A stretch of 64,000 bases of DNA from Bacteroidales bacterium. GTDB taxonomy: Bacteria > Bacteroidota > Bacteroidia > Bacteroidales > WCHB1-69. Under the pieces are notes generated by a model that did not search any database, had not been told where the DNA came from, and saw nothing but the letters and a program-made list of their open reading frames with translations. This document shows, one piece after another, positions 48,395-58,171 of the stretch (its first letter is position 1; every line of letters starts with the position of its first letter). Location: contig JAKSMD010000002.1 of the NCBI GenBank assembly GCA_024400815.1, positions 4,587 to 68,586 of the forward strand, in the 5' to 3' direction. Both the position numbers and the translations under genes were made by a program.

Positions 48395-49576
48395 ATGGCA
48401 GAAAAAAGAGACTATTATGAGGTGCTCGGTGTAGATAAAAGCGCCAATGCGGACGAAATAAAGAAAGCCTATCGTAAAAAGGCACTTCAATATCACCCTG
48501 ACCGTTGGGTAAACGGTACTGAAGAAGAGAAAAAAGAGGCAGAAGAAAAATTTAAAGAAGCTGCTGAGGCATACGATGTGCTGAGCACGCCTGAAAAGAA
48601 GGCACGTTACGACCAATTTGGTCATGCGGGCATGAGTGGTGCTGCTGGCGGCGGCTTTGGCGGTTTTGACATCAGCGACATTTTCTCTCGTTTTGGTGAT
48701 ATTTTCGGCGGCGGATTCAGCGGCGGCGGATTTGACCTCGGCGACTTATTCGGCGGCGGCGGTGGCGGCGGTCGCAAATATGTGAACCGCGGCAGCAATA
48801 TGCGAATCAAAGTGAAACTCACCCTAGAGGAAGTAGCTACGCAAACAGAGAAAAAAGTCAAAATCAGCAAATTCGTTCCCTGCGAACACTGTCACGGCAC
48901 AGGTGCTAAAGATGAGCACAGCAAAGAAACCTGCCCTACCTGCAAAGGCCGTGGCCAAGTCACCCGCCAACAACAGAGCATGTTCGGCATCATCCAGCAG
49001 ACTTCAGTATGCCCACATTGTAATGGAGCTGGCGAAATCATCAAGGATCCTTGTCCGCACTGCCACGGAAAAGGCATCGTCAAAGGAGAAGAAGTCATCC
49101 AACTCAACATCCCGGCTGGGGTGGACAACGATATGCAGCTCACCATGCGCGGCAAAGGCAACGCTGCACCCAATGGCGGCATAAACGGTGACTTGCTCAT
49201 AGCCATTGAAGTGGAAGACCACGACATCTTCGAACGCGATGGCAACAACCTGTTCCTCAATTACCATATCAGTTTCCCTCAGGCAGCCCTCGGCGATACA
49301 GTGGAAATTCCAACCCTTACGGGCAAAGTGCGCATCAAAATTGCCGCCGGCACACAAAGCGGCCAAGTGCTCCGCCTACAAGGCAAAGGGCTTCCAGAAC
49401 TCCACTCCAATAATGTTGGCGACCTCATCATCAACATCAATGTTTGGACTCCGAAAAAACTCACCAAAGAGGAAAAGGAAATTATTGAAGGACTAAGTTC
49501 ACATGAGAATTTCGTTCCCAAACCCGGCAAAAACGAACGTAGCGTCTTCAACCGGGTTAGACAGATTTTCAGCTAA
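48395..49576 (+). CDS. dnaJ: molecular chaperone DnaJ
   Basis: J domain with YHPDR, a G/F-rich linker, and four CxxCxGxG zinc motifs. Confidence 0.97.
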   Translation: MAEKRDYYEVLGVDKSANADEIKKAYRKKALQYHPDRWVNGTEEEKKEAEEKFKEAAEAYDVLSTPEKKARYDQFGHAGMSGAAGGGFGGFDISDIFSRFGDIFGGGFSGGGFDLGDLFGGGGGGGRKYVNRGSNMRIKVKLTLEEVATQTEKKVKISKFVPCEHCHGTGAKDEHSKETCPTCKGRGQVTRQQQSMFGIIQQTSVCPHCNGAGEIIKDPCPHCHGKGIVKGEEVIQLNIPAGVDNDMQLTMRGKGNAAPNGGINGDLLIAIEVEDHDIFERDGNNLFLNYHISFPQAALGDTVEIPTLTGKVRIKIAAGTQSGQVLRLQGKGLPELHSNNVGDLIININVWTPKKLTKEEKEIIEGLSSHENFVPKPGKNERSVFNRVRQIFS

Positions 49577-49578
49577 TC

Positions 49579-49890
49579 CTATAGTGCGAACTGCACAATA
49601 ACAAATACAAGACCCAAAACAAAGGTGGAGATAACAATACCTCTGCCTGTTTTGTCGTATTTCAAATTCAGCAAATAATATCTTAAAATAAACAACGAAG
49701 GTATCAAGCTGACCAAGATGAACTTGGGAATCAAAGTCTTCATCAGATTCGGATTGTTGAGCATCATTTCAGGATTGAAATGAATCAACAATTTCAAAAT
49801 GCCAAAGAGGATTCCGAAAATAACTGCAGGAACAACAATTCCCAAGATGACGCCCATGGCGTATGAATCTTTTCTTAATTTATCTAACAT
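49579..49890 (-). CDS. hypothetical small membrane protein (3 TM)
   Basis: 103 aa. Overlaps the surE 3' end by 11 nt. No known motif. Confidence 0.6.
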   Translation of the reverse strand: MLDKLRKDSYAMGVILGIVVPAVIFGILFGILKLLIHFNPEMMLNNPNLMKTLIPKFILVSLIPSLFILRYYLLNLKYDKTGRGIVISTFVLGLVFVIVQFAL

Positions 49891-50653
49891 CTTCTAAATA
49901 TTTTACTTCATTCATATAATGGTAAGCGGTCATATCATAATGAACCGGCTGGATAGAGACAAAGTTATGCTTCAATGCCCATTCGCACGAATCCTCCTTA
50001 TGGTCAGTGTCCACCAAATGCCCCACATACCAATATTGAGTTCGTCCATACGGGTCCGTCATCGGCTCCAAAATCTCATCCCAATATCCTTGCGTTTGGC
50101 GCGTAACTTTCAAGCCCTGGATCTCTTCAATCGTACACTTCGGAAAGTTGACATTCAAGCTTACTTGGGGTGGAAGGCCTTTTTCGAGCACCTGTTTGAT
50201 AATCTTTTTGCCAAAATACTTGGCAGCGGTAAAGTCTGCATCTGGCGCATAATCTGCCAAAGACAAACCGACCGCATTCGTCAAAAAGGAGGCCTCAATA
50301 GCTGCACCCATTGTGCCGGAATAGATTACACTCACAGAAGAGTTGCAACCATGGTTGATACCAGAAAGCACCAGATCCACTTTGCGACCCTTCAGCACCA
50401 CTTTCATGCCCAGTTTCACACAGTCCACTGGAGTTCCATTAGTGCGCCAATATTGAACGCCGTCTTCCTCTTTATACTTTTTTAAATGGAGTGGAAGGTC
50501 CATTGTAATGGCGTGCCCCATAGCCGACCGGACCCGGTCGGGCGCTACCACCACCACTTCGCCAAACTCCTTGGCAATTTCCACCATGGCTGCCAAGCCT
50601 AGGGCTTCGTAGCCATCATCATTGACCACCAGTATCAAGGGTTTATCTGACAT
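49880..50653 (-). CDS. surE: 5'/3'-nucleotidase SurE
   Basis: LVVNDDGYEA and GINHGCN motifs. Start trimmed from GTG 50659 to ATG 50653. Confidence 0.93.
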   Translation of the reverse strand: MSDKPLILVVNDDGYEALGLAAMVEIAKEFGEVVVVAPDRVRSAMGHAITMDLPLHLKKYKEEDGVQYWRTNGTPVDCVKLGMKVVLKGRKVDLVLSGINHGCNSSVSVIYSGTMGAAIEASFLTNAVGLSLADYAPDADFTAAKYFGKKIIKQVLEKGLPPQVSLNVNFPKCTIEEIQGLKVTRQTQGYWDEILEPMTDPYGRTQYWYVGHLVDTDHKEDSCEWALKHNFVSIQPVHYDMTAYHYMNEVKYLEDVR

Positions 50654-50658
50654 CTTCA

Positions 50659-53600
50659 CTAATTTTCTTTAACAATCTTAATAGCTTTGCTCTGAACGCC
50701 ATTTTGCATCACTTTGAGCACATAAATGCCGGCCGCATAATCAGACAAGTTCAAGGTGGTCATAGAGTCCGTTACCGTCACAGTTTGGAGCAAACGGCCT
50801 GCAAAATCATATAATTGACAAACGGCATCTTCAGCAGCTTCCATTTCTGGGAGCATCACTTGCACCATACTGGTTGTTGGATTCGGGAAAACCGTCACAT
50901 TTTCGATGGTATAGTTTTCAACGCTGGTACCCGTGGTGGAGCAAGGAAGCTCAATATAGTCAATCATAGCCATATCTTGACCCGAATTCACCATGTAGTC
51001 TTTTTCATATTCCCACTTGAAGGTGTGCTGTCCCGGCATAACAGCATAAGCAGCTCGTGCCCAGCCCTCTTCACCGCTCCAACTACCTTTCAAAGTATTA
51101 TCAATGTAAAAATTGAACATATCATATCCATCCTCTGAAGATACTTTGTAATAGAAAGAAATGGTATCTGCCGAAACCACATATTGAGAAATGGACAATA
51201 CAGAAGAACCATTGTTGCTAATAGCACCGGAGCGGGCAGCGTAATTGCCTTCATACGGATTTTGCGTAGTGATAGTCCAAGGTTTAGAAGAATTATTACT
51301 CCAAGAGTAATTAGAGAAGTCTCCACTTTCCCAATCTTCTGCTTGGAAGCCGATTTTGACAAACAGGTCTTTTGTTTCTCTATAGCCATCTACCACATAG
51401 GTGACATTCAATTTGGCGACCGTCGGGGCCAATACCGTTTCATCCACACGGACACGAACTTGCACATCGCCTGCGCCATCTACGTTGATAACCGGCGTTT
51501 CGTACGGCAAACGATAGAGCACCAACTTGTTGTCGGCGCTTTGAACATACACCTTGCCTTCTTTTGCCACACCATTTCCAATATTGTGCAAATCAAATTT
51601 CAAATAGGCCGATTCATTGAAATCCAAACGACCATTCTGATTGCCAAGGGTACTGTCGTCCACCTTAACTTCACCGATTGACAAAATAGGAGCGTGCAAA
51701 GGTATTATCGTAGAAATCGAATGATTTTCATCGTTATAGAATAAGTTCAGCTCAACTGTTGCATTATGGAAAGCAGGGACATTCGGAGCTACCGTAAAGG
51801 TAAAGGCATCTACTTTCGTATATAAATCATGACTATTGATGGCATTGATTTGAGCCGTACCGTTGTTAATCGTCAAATAGGGGTCATCCGTGCGAACTTG
51901 CAATTGAATATTGCCAGAATCATCATTGCCCACATTTTCAAGATTCATGTCCACGGTAATTGTTTCTGCATAATCAGCCAAGCCATTTTGGTTGCCATTA
52001 TCGTGCAATACCAAAGATTTGCTAATCAAGTAGGGGCCATTAACAGGAACCAGTTGGATGAAGCCCTCAGCAGGCAAATAATTTTGAGCTACGGCCAAGA
52101 CATTCAACGTATCGGTAGGCAGTAAAGTTAGAGGCACATCCAAAGAGAGTGCGCCATTGGCGATCACGCCGGTAGCCACAATCTCGTTATGGCAAGTAAG
52201 GGTAACTTTTGCGCCATTGACAGTTGAAGTAAAATTGACACTCTGAGTACCTATCGGCAATTGCTGGTCGTATGTGAGCGGCAAAGCTTGCGGAATTGCG
52301 GTACGAACCATCAAAGCTGGGTCGCCGAAAAGAATCCAAGTACGTGTGACTTCATAATCATTATATTCATCCAGCATCTTAATCATGCCATTGAAGGTAA
52401 CACCGCCGAAAGTATATTTCTGAGCTACAGCACTGGTGCCCGTCAAGATCTCAATCATGTGATCTTCAGCACACATCGGAGAGTTCCAGGGTTGATTGAT
52501 CGTGGACATCAGCGTGCCCACAGCGCCTGTTGGCTGATTGTTTTTCGTTGCGCGCAACCATGCTTCAGCAAAGCAAGTGCGACCGCTATATGCGCCATTG
52601 ACACAAGCCACAGAGATGATGAACGGCAACTTATTCGCATTATTCAAAGAATTCACATTAGAAACACTGAAACCTGTTGTCACCCAAGAGGTTTCGGAAC
52701 CATGGCCACAATAAACCATAATACCTGTACCAGCATTTACCGCCGTAGTAACATTTGCTGCTGACGGATTGCCCGATGCGTCCAAACCACCTTGAGAACC
52801 TTCGAAGAGTTCGTAACCAGAAGTATATGTGTAATTTGTCAGCTTATTACAAATATTGCGAATATGCTGATAGTCATATTCATTATCATCGCCAGGACCT
52901 TGGCTTGAACCGATGCCCACATAAACAGGAAAATGATTGACCTCTACTGGATTGCTTTCGTAGCTGATGAATTTATTCACTTGGACAGTCACATGATCCA
53001 CTGTTTCGGCAGAAATCTTACCCATAATAACATCTGGATAAACATCATTTCCGGCAATTTCACCGTAATAATTATCACTAATATTACCGCCGGCAGAGAT
53101 TGTAGGGAATTTGTTATTGTCACCCACCATCACTAAAAAAGCAAAATCGCTATGATTAGTGTAATAGGAAGAAATATAGTTTTTAATAGCAGAACTGGTA
53201 CTGCCTGCCGTGGCTAAGGAAACGATTTCGGTAGGAAATCCATTCTTGATTTTCCAATCGGCATACGGTTGCATCGCTTCACAGAACTCTGCTGGAGCCA
53301 AAATCAAAATACGACCATTTTCCATCAACGGGTTGGATTTAACCGCATTGTAATTCAAAAAATGATCTGTATAAATCAAGTCATAATTTTTGACAACCGT
53401 ATTCACTCTTTTAATATTTTGGTCACTTTCGAAACGAATTCTGACCGTAATGCTGGAGTAGGCTTTCAGCTCTTTTTGCACTGGATTATAGGCAAAAGGA
53501 AAAAAGTGTACAGCCACACCGTGAAAATCTCTCAATTGATACGGGTCTCCGAAAGTTACCGTATCATTATATAAGAATTGGTCTGTAAAAAACTCGGCAC

Positions 53601-54009
53601 CTTTCATATAGGCGACATCATCCGGATTGACATTGCGGAGCAGACGGCCTTTGGAAGGAGCCAACTCGAAATTCTGCACCAAGGTATATTCGGAATTAAG
53701 CACTTCAGCACTCAAAACGCTACCTTCTGGAATAATCAGTGAAGTAGAAGATTGCAAAAGTTCAGGCGCGCCGGCCTTCAACATCGGATAAGCATTGTCC
53801 ATGCATAATTTATACATTGTTTGTCCGTTGACATTCACTGCATGCGTTTGATATGCTGGAAATTCCACACGCACAACAGCCTCATGGTCGGACGAACTCA
53901 ACAGCACAAAATTCAAATCTTGAGCTTGAGCAGTTGCAAAAATAAAACAAATGAATGCCAAAAACAGAACGCTGACTTTCGCGAAAAACACCTTAGATTT
54001 TGAAGACAT
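50659..54009 (-). CDS. gingipain-like cysteine peptidase (family C25) with T9SS C-terminal sorting domain
   Basis: Catalytic His and Cys contexts VYCGHGSETSW and LPFIISVACVNGAY closely match RgpB-type gingipains. Signal peptide present. The last ~80 aa (VFPNPTTSMVQV...GIYVLKV) form a T9SS CTD. Confidence 0.9.
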   Translation of the reverse strand: MSSKSKVFFAKVSVLFLAFICFIFATAQAQDLNFVLLSSSDHEAVVRVEFPAYQTHAVNVNGQTMYKLCMDNAYPMLKAGAPELLQSSTSLIIPEGSVLSAEVLNSEYTLVQNFELAPSKGRLLRNVNPDDVAYMKGAEFFTDQFLYNDTVTFGDPYQLRDFHGVAVHFFPFAYNPVQKELKAYSSITVRIRFESDQNIKRVNTVVKNYDLIYTDHFLNYNAVKSNPLMENGRILILAPAEFCEAMQPYADWKIKNGFPTEIVSLATAGSTSSAIKNYISSYYTNHSDFAFLVMVGDNNKFPTISAGGNISDNYYGEIAGNDVYPDVIMGKISAETVDHVTVQVNKFISYESNPVEVNHFPVYVGIGSSQGPGDDNEYDYQHIRNICNKLTNYTYTSGYELFEGSQGGLDASGNPSAANVTTAVNAGTGIMVYCGHGSETSWVTTGFSVSNVNSLNNANKLPFIISVACVNGAYSGRTCFAEAWLRATKNNQPTGAVGTLMSTINQPWNSPMCAEDHMIEILTGTSAVAQKYTFGGVTFNGMIKMLDEYNDYEVTRTWILFGDPALMVRTAIPQALPLTYDQQLPIGTQSVNFTSTVNGAKVTLTCHNEIVATGVIANGALSLDVPLTLLPTDTLNVLAVAQNYLPAEGFIQLVPVNGPYLISKSLVLHDNGNQNGLADYAETITVDMNLENVGNDDSGNIQLQVRTDDPYLTINNGTAQINAINSHDLYTKVDAFTFTVAPNVPAFHNATVELNLFYNDENHSISTIIPLHAPILSIGEVKVDDSTLGNQNGRLDFNESAYLKFDLHNIGNGVAKEGKVYVQSADNKLVLYRLPYETPVINVDGAGDVQVRVRVDETVLAPTVAKLNVTYVVDGYRETKDLFVKIGFQAEDWESGDFSNYSWSNNSSKPWTITTQNPYEGNYAARSGAISNNGSSVLSISQYVVSADTISFYYKVSSEDGYDMFNFYIDNTLKGSWSGEEGWARAAYAVMPGQHTFKWEYEKDYMVNSGQDMAMIDYIELPCSTTGTSVENYTIENVTVFPNPTTSMVQVMLPEMEAAEDAVCQLYDFAGRLLQTVTVTDSMTTLNLSDYAAGIYVLKVMQNGVQSKAIKIVKEN

Positions 54010-54041
54010 TGTTGTAAAGTTTTAATGTAAAAAATGGGAGG

Positions 54042-54049
54042 CAAAGATA
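54042..54049 (-). promoter_or_regulatory. -7 box TATCTTTG upstream of the C25 peptidase gene
   Basis: TTTTTTG-TATCTTTG-CCTCC, about 33 nt to the ATG. Confidence 0.55.
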
Positions 54050-54116
54050 CAAAAAATGTGGTGTCGGCGACATTTACAATTACAATCAAAAATGTAATTG
54101 TCTTCAAATAATTTTG

Positions 54117-54124
54117 TACTTTTG
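54117..54124 (+). promoter_or_regulatory. -7 box TACTTTTG upstream of purC
   Basis: TTTTG-TACTTTTG-TGCCCG, 26 nt to ATG 54150. Confidence 0.55.
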
Positions 54125-54149
54125 TGCCCGTTTCAAACAAGACTTTTTC

Positions 54150-54863
54150 ATGAAAAAAACAGATATTCTCCACGAGGGAAAAGCCAAAGTCATTTATGCC
54201 ACAGACAGTCCAAAACATGTCATTCTGGCATTCAAAGATGATGCCTCGGCCTATTTCGGTATCAAGAAGTCTTCTATTCAGAACAAAGGCATCTTGAGTA
54301 ACAAAATCTCTGAAATCATTTTCACTCATTTAGCAAAAAATGGGGTAAAAACGCATTTCATCCAGCGACTGAACGACCGAGAGCAGTTGTGCCTACGCAC
54401 CACTCCCCTGCCCTTGGAGTTTATCGTGCGCAATGTGATTGCAGGCAGTTTGTCCAGACGTTTGGACATCAAAGAAGGCACCGTTCCCCAGAACACCATC
54501 TTTGAAATTTGCCTGAAAAATGATTTGCTTCGTGACCCGATGATCAATCGTACCCATGTTACCGCCATAGGCATCACCAATGACGAGACCTTGGATAAAA
54601 TCAAAGAGATTATTCAACAAGTAAACGCCATTATGGTACCGTTTTTCAAAAGCGCCAACATCAACCTCATCGACTTCAAATTGGAATTCGGCGTGGATGC
54701 CCAAGGGGAGATTTTGCTTATCGATGAAATATCTCCAGAAACGGCACGCCTTTGGGAGTGTGACAGTCAGAAAATCTTAGACAGCGACCTTTTCCGACGT
54801 GACCTGGGCAATGTGGAAGAATCCTACACAGACATTCTCAACAGGCTGCAAACCAACATCTAA
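54150..54863 (+). CDS. purC: phosphoribosylaminoimidazole-succinocarboxamide synthase
   Basis: LHEGKAKVIY start region and LIDFKLEFG motif. About 237 aa. Confidence 0.95.
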   Translation: MKKTDILHEGKAKVIYATDSPKHVILAFKDDASAYFGIKKSSIQNKGILSNKISEIIFTHLAKNGVKTHFIQRLNDREQLCLRTTPLPLEFIVRNVIAGSLSRRLDIKEGTVPQNTIFEICLKNDLLRDPMINRTHVTAIGITNDETLDKIKEIIQQVNAIMVPFFKSANINLIDFKLEFGVDAQGEILLIDEISPETARLWECDSQKILDSDLFRRDLGNVEESYTDILNRLQTNI

Positions 54864-54882
54864 AAAAACACAACGATTGAAA

Positions 54883-55407
54883 ATGGATAAAAAATCTTTA
54901 CGACAGCAAATAAGACAACTCAAAAAGGAACATTCTGCCGAAGAATTAGCAGCACAATCTGTAAAGATCATGGCAAAGTTGGCGCAACACCCCGACTTTC
55001 TACAAGCTAAGCGTGTGATGCTTTATGCCTCACTTCCCGATGAAGTGCAAACCTTAGACTTCTTGTCCGAATGGAAAACACGCAAGCAAATCATTCTCCC
55101 TACCGTTGTGGGCGACGACATCATTCCCGTCGAACTGACCGACAATTGCAACATGGTAGAGGGCGATTTCCATATTTGGGAACCCGAAAACCATCCTTAT
55201 ACAGGCGGCCTCGACTTGATTGTCGTTCCAGGCATGGCCTTCGACGAGCAGGGACATCGTTTAGGTCGCGGCAAAGGATACTACGATAGATTTCTAATAA
55301 AATATCCCGACGTAAAAACCATCGGGATATGTTTTGATTTTCAATTGTTAGAAGAAATTCCAACCGAGCCGCACGATAGAATCATCAGCGAGATTCTGTC
55401 GCTCTAA
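54883..55407 (+). CDS. 5-formyltetrahydrofolate cyclo-ligase
   Basis: VVPGMAFDEQGHRLGRGKGYYDRFL motif. About 174 aa after trimming to the ATG. Confidence 0.85.
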   Translation: MDKKSLRQQIRQLKKEHSAEELAAQSVKIMAKLAQHPDFLQAKRVMLYASLPDEVQTLDFLSEWKTRKQIILPTVVGDDIIPVELTDNCNMVEGDFHIWEPENHPYTGGLDLIVVPGMAFDEQGHRLGRGKGYYDRFLIKYPDVKTIGICFDFQLLEEIPTEPHDRIISEILSL

Positions 55408-56066
55408 TCAGAAATTTTCTTTCCGTAGGCCAAATCACCAGCATCGCCCAAACCGGGAACAATGTAAGAGTGTGCGGTCAATTCTTCATCCATTGCGCCA
55501 ATCCAGATGGAGCAATTGGATGGTGAAAGGTGGCGTTGCAAATACTCAACGCCTTGTCGGCTGGCAATAACACTCACGATATGTGTATGTTCTGGTGCAC
55601 CATTGTTCAATAGTTCTTCATAGGCGAGCACCATGGACTGTCCCGTCGCCAGCATAGGATCCACCAAGATGAGTGTCTTGTCTTCGATTTCTGGCGCAGA
55701 CATATAATCCACTTGGATTTCGAAAGTGCCATCCTTTTCATATTTCCGGAAAGCGGAGATGAAAGCATTGTCGGCTTGGTCAAAATAGTTCAAAAGGCCT
55801 TGATGCAAAGGCAGTCCGGCACGCAGAATCGTAGCCAAAACCGGTTTGGTCACCATGCGCGGCATCATGGCAATGCCTAATGGAGTAACCACTTCTCTCT
55901 GTTCATACTTCAGCGTTTTGCTGATCTCGTAGGCGAAAATCTCACCGATTCTTTCCAAATTACGACGAAAACGCATGCTGTCCACTTGGACATCTGCACT
56001 TCTTATTTCAGCAATAAACTCATTGAAAATGGTATTGCTTTCTCCAATAATGTGAATGTTGTTCAT
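55404..56066 (-). CDS. upp: uracil phosphoribosyltransferase
   Basis: ILVDPMLATGQS PRPP loop and YIVPGLGDAGD motif. Confidence 0.93.
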   Translation of the reverse strand: MNNIHIIGESNTIFNEFIAEIRSADVQVDSMRFRRNLERIGEIFAYEISKTLKYEQREVVTPLGIAMMPRMVTKPVLATILRAGLPLHQGLLNYFDQADNAFISAFRKYEKDGTFEIQVDYMSAPEIEDKTLILVDPMLATGQSMVLAYEELLNNGAPEHTHIVSVIASRQGVEYLQRHLSPSNCSIWIGAMDEELTAHSYIVPGLGDAGDLAYGKKISD

Positions 56067-56090
56067 AAGCCGATAATTTATAAAGATGAA

Positions 56091-57389
56091 CTATTCTTTC
56101 CCAAAAACTCTTTCAAAAATAGTGGGAACTTCCTTCATATAATAATCTAAAGTAAAGCATCCGGACAGCTCTTCTGCGGTGAAATTAGCTTGAATGGTTT
56201 CATTTTGGAGCAGCAGTTCTTGATAATCTTCCCCGTCGAACCAAGCCTTCATCGCGATGGGCTGTACCAAATCGTAGGCAGCTTCGCGGGCAAATCCCTT
56301 GTTGATGAGCGCCGTCATCACGCGTTGAGCGAAAATCACTTTGTTGGTAATATAGATATGTTTCAGCATGTTTTCGGGATAAACCACAAGATTTTCCAAA
56401 ATTCTGCCAAAGCGGTTCAGCATGTAGTCCAAGAGGATCGTTGCATCTGGGAGCATAATGCGTTCGGCAGAGGAGTGGGAGATGTCGCGTTCATGCCAAA
56501 GAGGAATATCTTCGTAAGAGCTGACCATATAGCCGCGAAGGATGCGGGCGCAACCGCACATATTCTCACTGCCGATAGGATTTCTCTTATGCGGCATAGC
56601 AGAAGATCCCTTTTGGCCCTTGCCGAAAGCTTCTTCCGCTTCGCGAAGTTCGGTGCGCTGCCAATGGCGGACTTCAATAGCCATCTGTTCCATAGAAGAA
56701 CCTATCAAAGCCAACGTGGCCATATAGTGCGCATGGCGGTCGCGTTGCAGCACTTGCGTAGAAATATTTGCGGAGTGGATGCCCAATTGTTCGCAGACAT
56801 AATCCTGAACGAAAGGCGGCGTATTGGCGAAATTGCCCACAGCACCGCTGATTTTGCCGCATTCGACATCTGCCGCTGCCATTTCGAAACGAGCCGTGTT
56901 GCGTTTCATTTCTTCATACCACAACGCCCATTTCAAACCGAGGGCGGTAATGTCTGCGTGAACACCATGGGTACGACCAATACACGGCGTATCTTTGAAT
57001 TCGTAAGCACGTTTTTTCAAAATCTCCATGAAATGTTCCAAATCCTTACGCAAAATAGCATTGGCTTGCTTGATCAGATAGCCGTTGGCGGTATCCACCA
57101 CATCCGTAGAAGTCAAACCATAGTGAACCCACTTGCGCTCATCGCCCAAAGATTCGCTTACCGCACGGGTAAAAGCAACGATATCGTGACGGGTTTGCTG
57201 CTCGATTTCATAAATGCGATCCACTTTGAAAGTCGCTTTATCACGAAGTTTCTGAACATCTTCTGCGGGTATAACGCCAAGCTTGCTCCAAGCGGCAGCA
57301 GCTTCTATTTCAACTTTAAGGTAGGCTCCGAACTTATTTTCTTCAGTCCAGATAGCACTCATTTCAGGACGGGAATAACGTGGTATCAT
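56091..57389 (-). CDS. purB: adenylosuccinate lyase
   Basis: RYSRPEM start region and [11 protein letters not shown] fumarate-lyase signature. Start trimmed to the ATG downstream of the -7 box at 57416. Confidence 0.95.
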   Translation of the reverse strand: MIPRYSRPEMSAIWTEENKFGAYLKVEIEAAAAWSKLGVIPAEDVQKLRDKATFKVDRIYEIEQQTRHDIVAFTRAVSESLGDERKWVHYGLTSTDVVDTANGYLIKQANAILRKDLEHFMEILKKRAYEFKDTPCIGRTHGVHADITALGLKWALWYEEMKRNTARFEMAAADVECGKISGAVGNFANTPPFVQDYVCEQLGIHSANISTQVLQRDRHAHYMATLALIGSSMEQMAIEVRHWQRTELREAEEAFGKGQKGSSAMPHKRNPIGSENMCGCARILRGYMVSSYEDIPLWHERDISHSSAERIMLPDATILLDYMLNRFGRILENLVVYPENMLKHIYITNKVIFAQRVMTALINKGFAREAAYDLVQPIAMKAWFDGEDYQELLLQNETIQANFTAEELSGCFTLDYYMKEVPTIFERVFGKE

Positions 57390-57415
57390 AGTATCTTTTT
57401 TTATCAGTGAGGGCG

Positions 57416-57423
57416 CAAAAGTA
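57416..57423 (-). promoter_or_regulatory. -7 box TACTTTTG upstream of purB
   Basis: TTTTTTTG-TACTTTTG-CGCCC, 27 nt to ATG 57389. Confidence 0.6.
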
Positions 57424-57445
57424 CAAAAAAATACATTATTTTTTG

Positions 57446-57453
57446 TATGTTTG
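57446..57453 (+). promoter_or_regulatory. -7 box TATGTTTG upstream of trkA-trkH
   Basis: TTTTTTG-TATGTTTG-CCGCC, 23 nt to the ATG. Confidence 0.55.
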
Positions 57454-57475
57454 CCGCCTTTCAAAAAAATGAATT

Positions 57476-58171
57476 ATGGCACAAGAAAAATTTGCTGTTA
57501 TCGGCGCTGGACACTTCGGTCAAGCTATCAGTTTGGCCCTCTCCGAAAAGGGGCACGAAGTATTGGTTATCGACTCCAATATCAATGTAGTACAGGATAT
57601 TTCGGAGGATGTTGCCTATGCGGTTTGCGTGGATGCAACCAACAAACGCGCACTGCTCAATGAGAACATCCAGAACTTCGATGTCGTCATCATCGCCATT
57701 GGCAATGACTTCGTCGGACGACTGCTTTGCACAGCAAATTTACTAGATTTGGGGGTAAAGCGCATCATCTGCCGTGTGATGGGCAAAAGCCAACGCACGA
57801 TTTTGGAAAAAATGGGCATCACCGAGTTTCTCTCTCCAGAAGATGAAGTCGGCGCCCTGCTCGCTGAACGCCTCACCAACCCCAGCATCATCTCCTATCT
57901 GCAACTTCCTGACGGCTATAAAATTGCGGAAATCATCTCTCCCGACCGCCTGATCGGACTGAACTTGGGAGACATCAACTTCCGCGACAATCACAAACTG
58001 AGCTTGATTACCATCCGACGCAACTTCGAAGAACTGGTTGCCGACAAGGTGGACACCAAACAGCACATCATCGGTGTGCCTGACACTTCCACCGTTATTC
58101 AAAAAGATGATGTTTTCGTCCTGTTCGGCAAAGAACACGACATCGATAACTTTATCAAAATCAATCTCTAA
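57476..58171 (+). CDS. trkA: Trk/Ktr potassium uptake NAD-binding subunit
   Basis: VIGAGHFG Rossmann loop followed by an RCK_C domain. Confidence 0.9.
   Translation: MAQEKFAVIGAGHFGQAISLALSEKGHEVLVIDSNINVVQDISEDVAYAVCVDATNKRALLNENIQNFDVVIIAIGNDFVGRLLCTANLLDLGVKRIICRVMGKSQRTILEKMGITEFLSPEDEVGALLAERLTNPSIISYLQLPDGYKIAEIISPDRLIGLNLGDINFRDNHKLSLITIRRNFEELVADKVDTKQHIIGVPDTSTVIQKDDVFVLFGKEHDIDNFIKINL

Noticed and set aside
48622-48870. Proline-rich 82-aa minus-strand ORF (PPPPPPP).
   Set aside because: It is the antisense reading of the glycine codon run in the DnaJ G/F linker.
56190-57410. 406-aa plus-strand ORF covering almost all of purB.
   Set aside because: It is a shadow ORF antisense to an unambiguous adenylosuccinate lyase, with no recognisable motifs and no promoter. 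The same explanation applies to 38255-39082 (nrdJ), 45638-46447 (ackA), 41673-42305 (metK), 17586-18299 (ctp), 15523-16146 (dnaG) and 12399-13037 (rluB).
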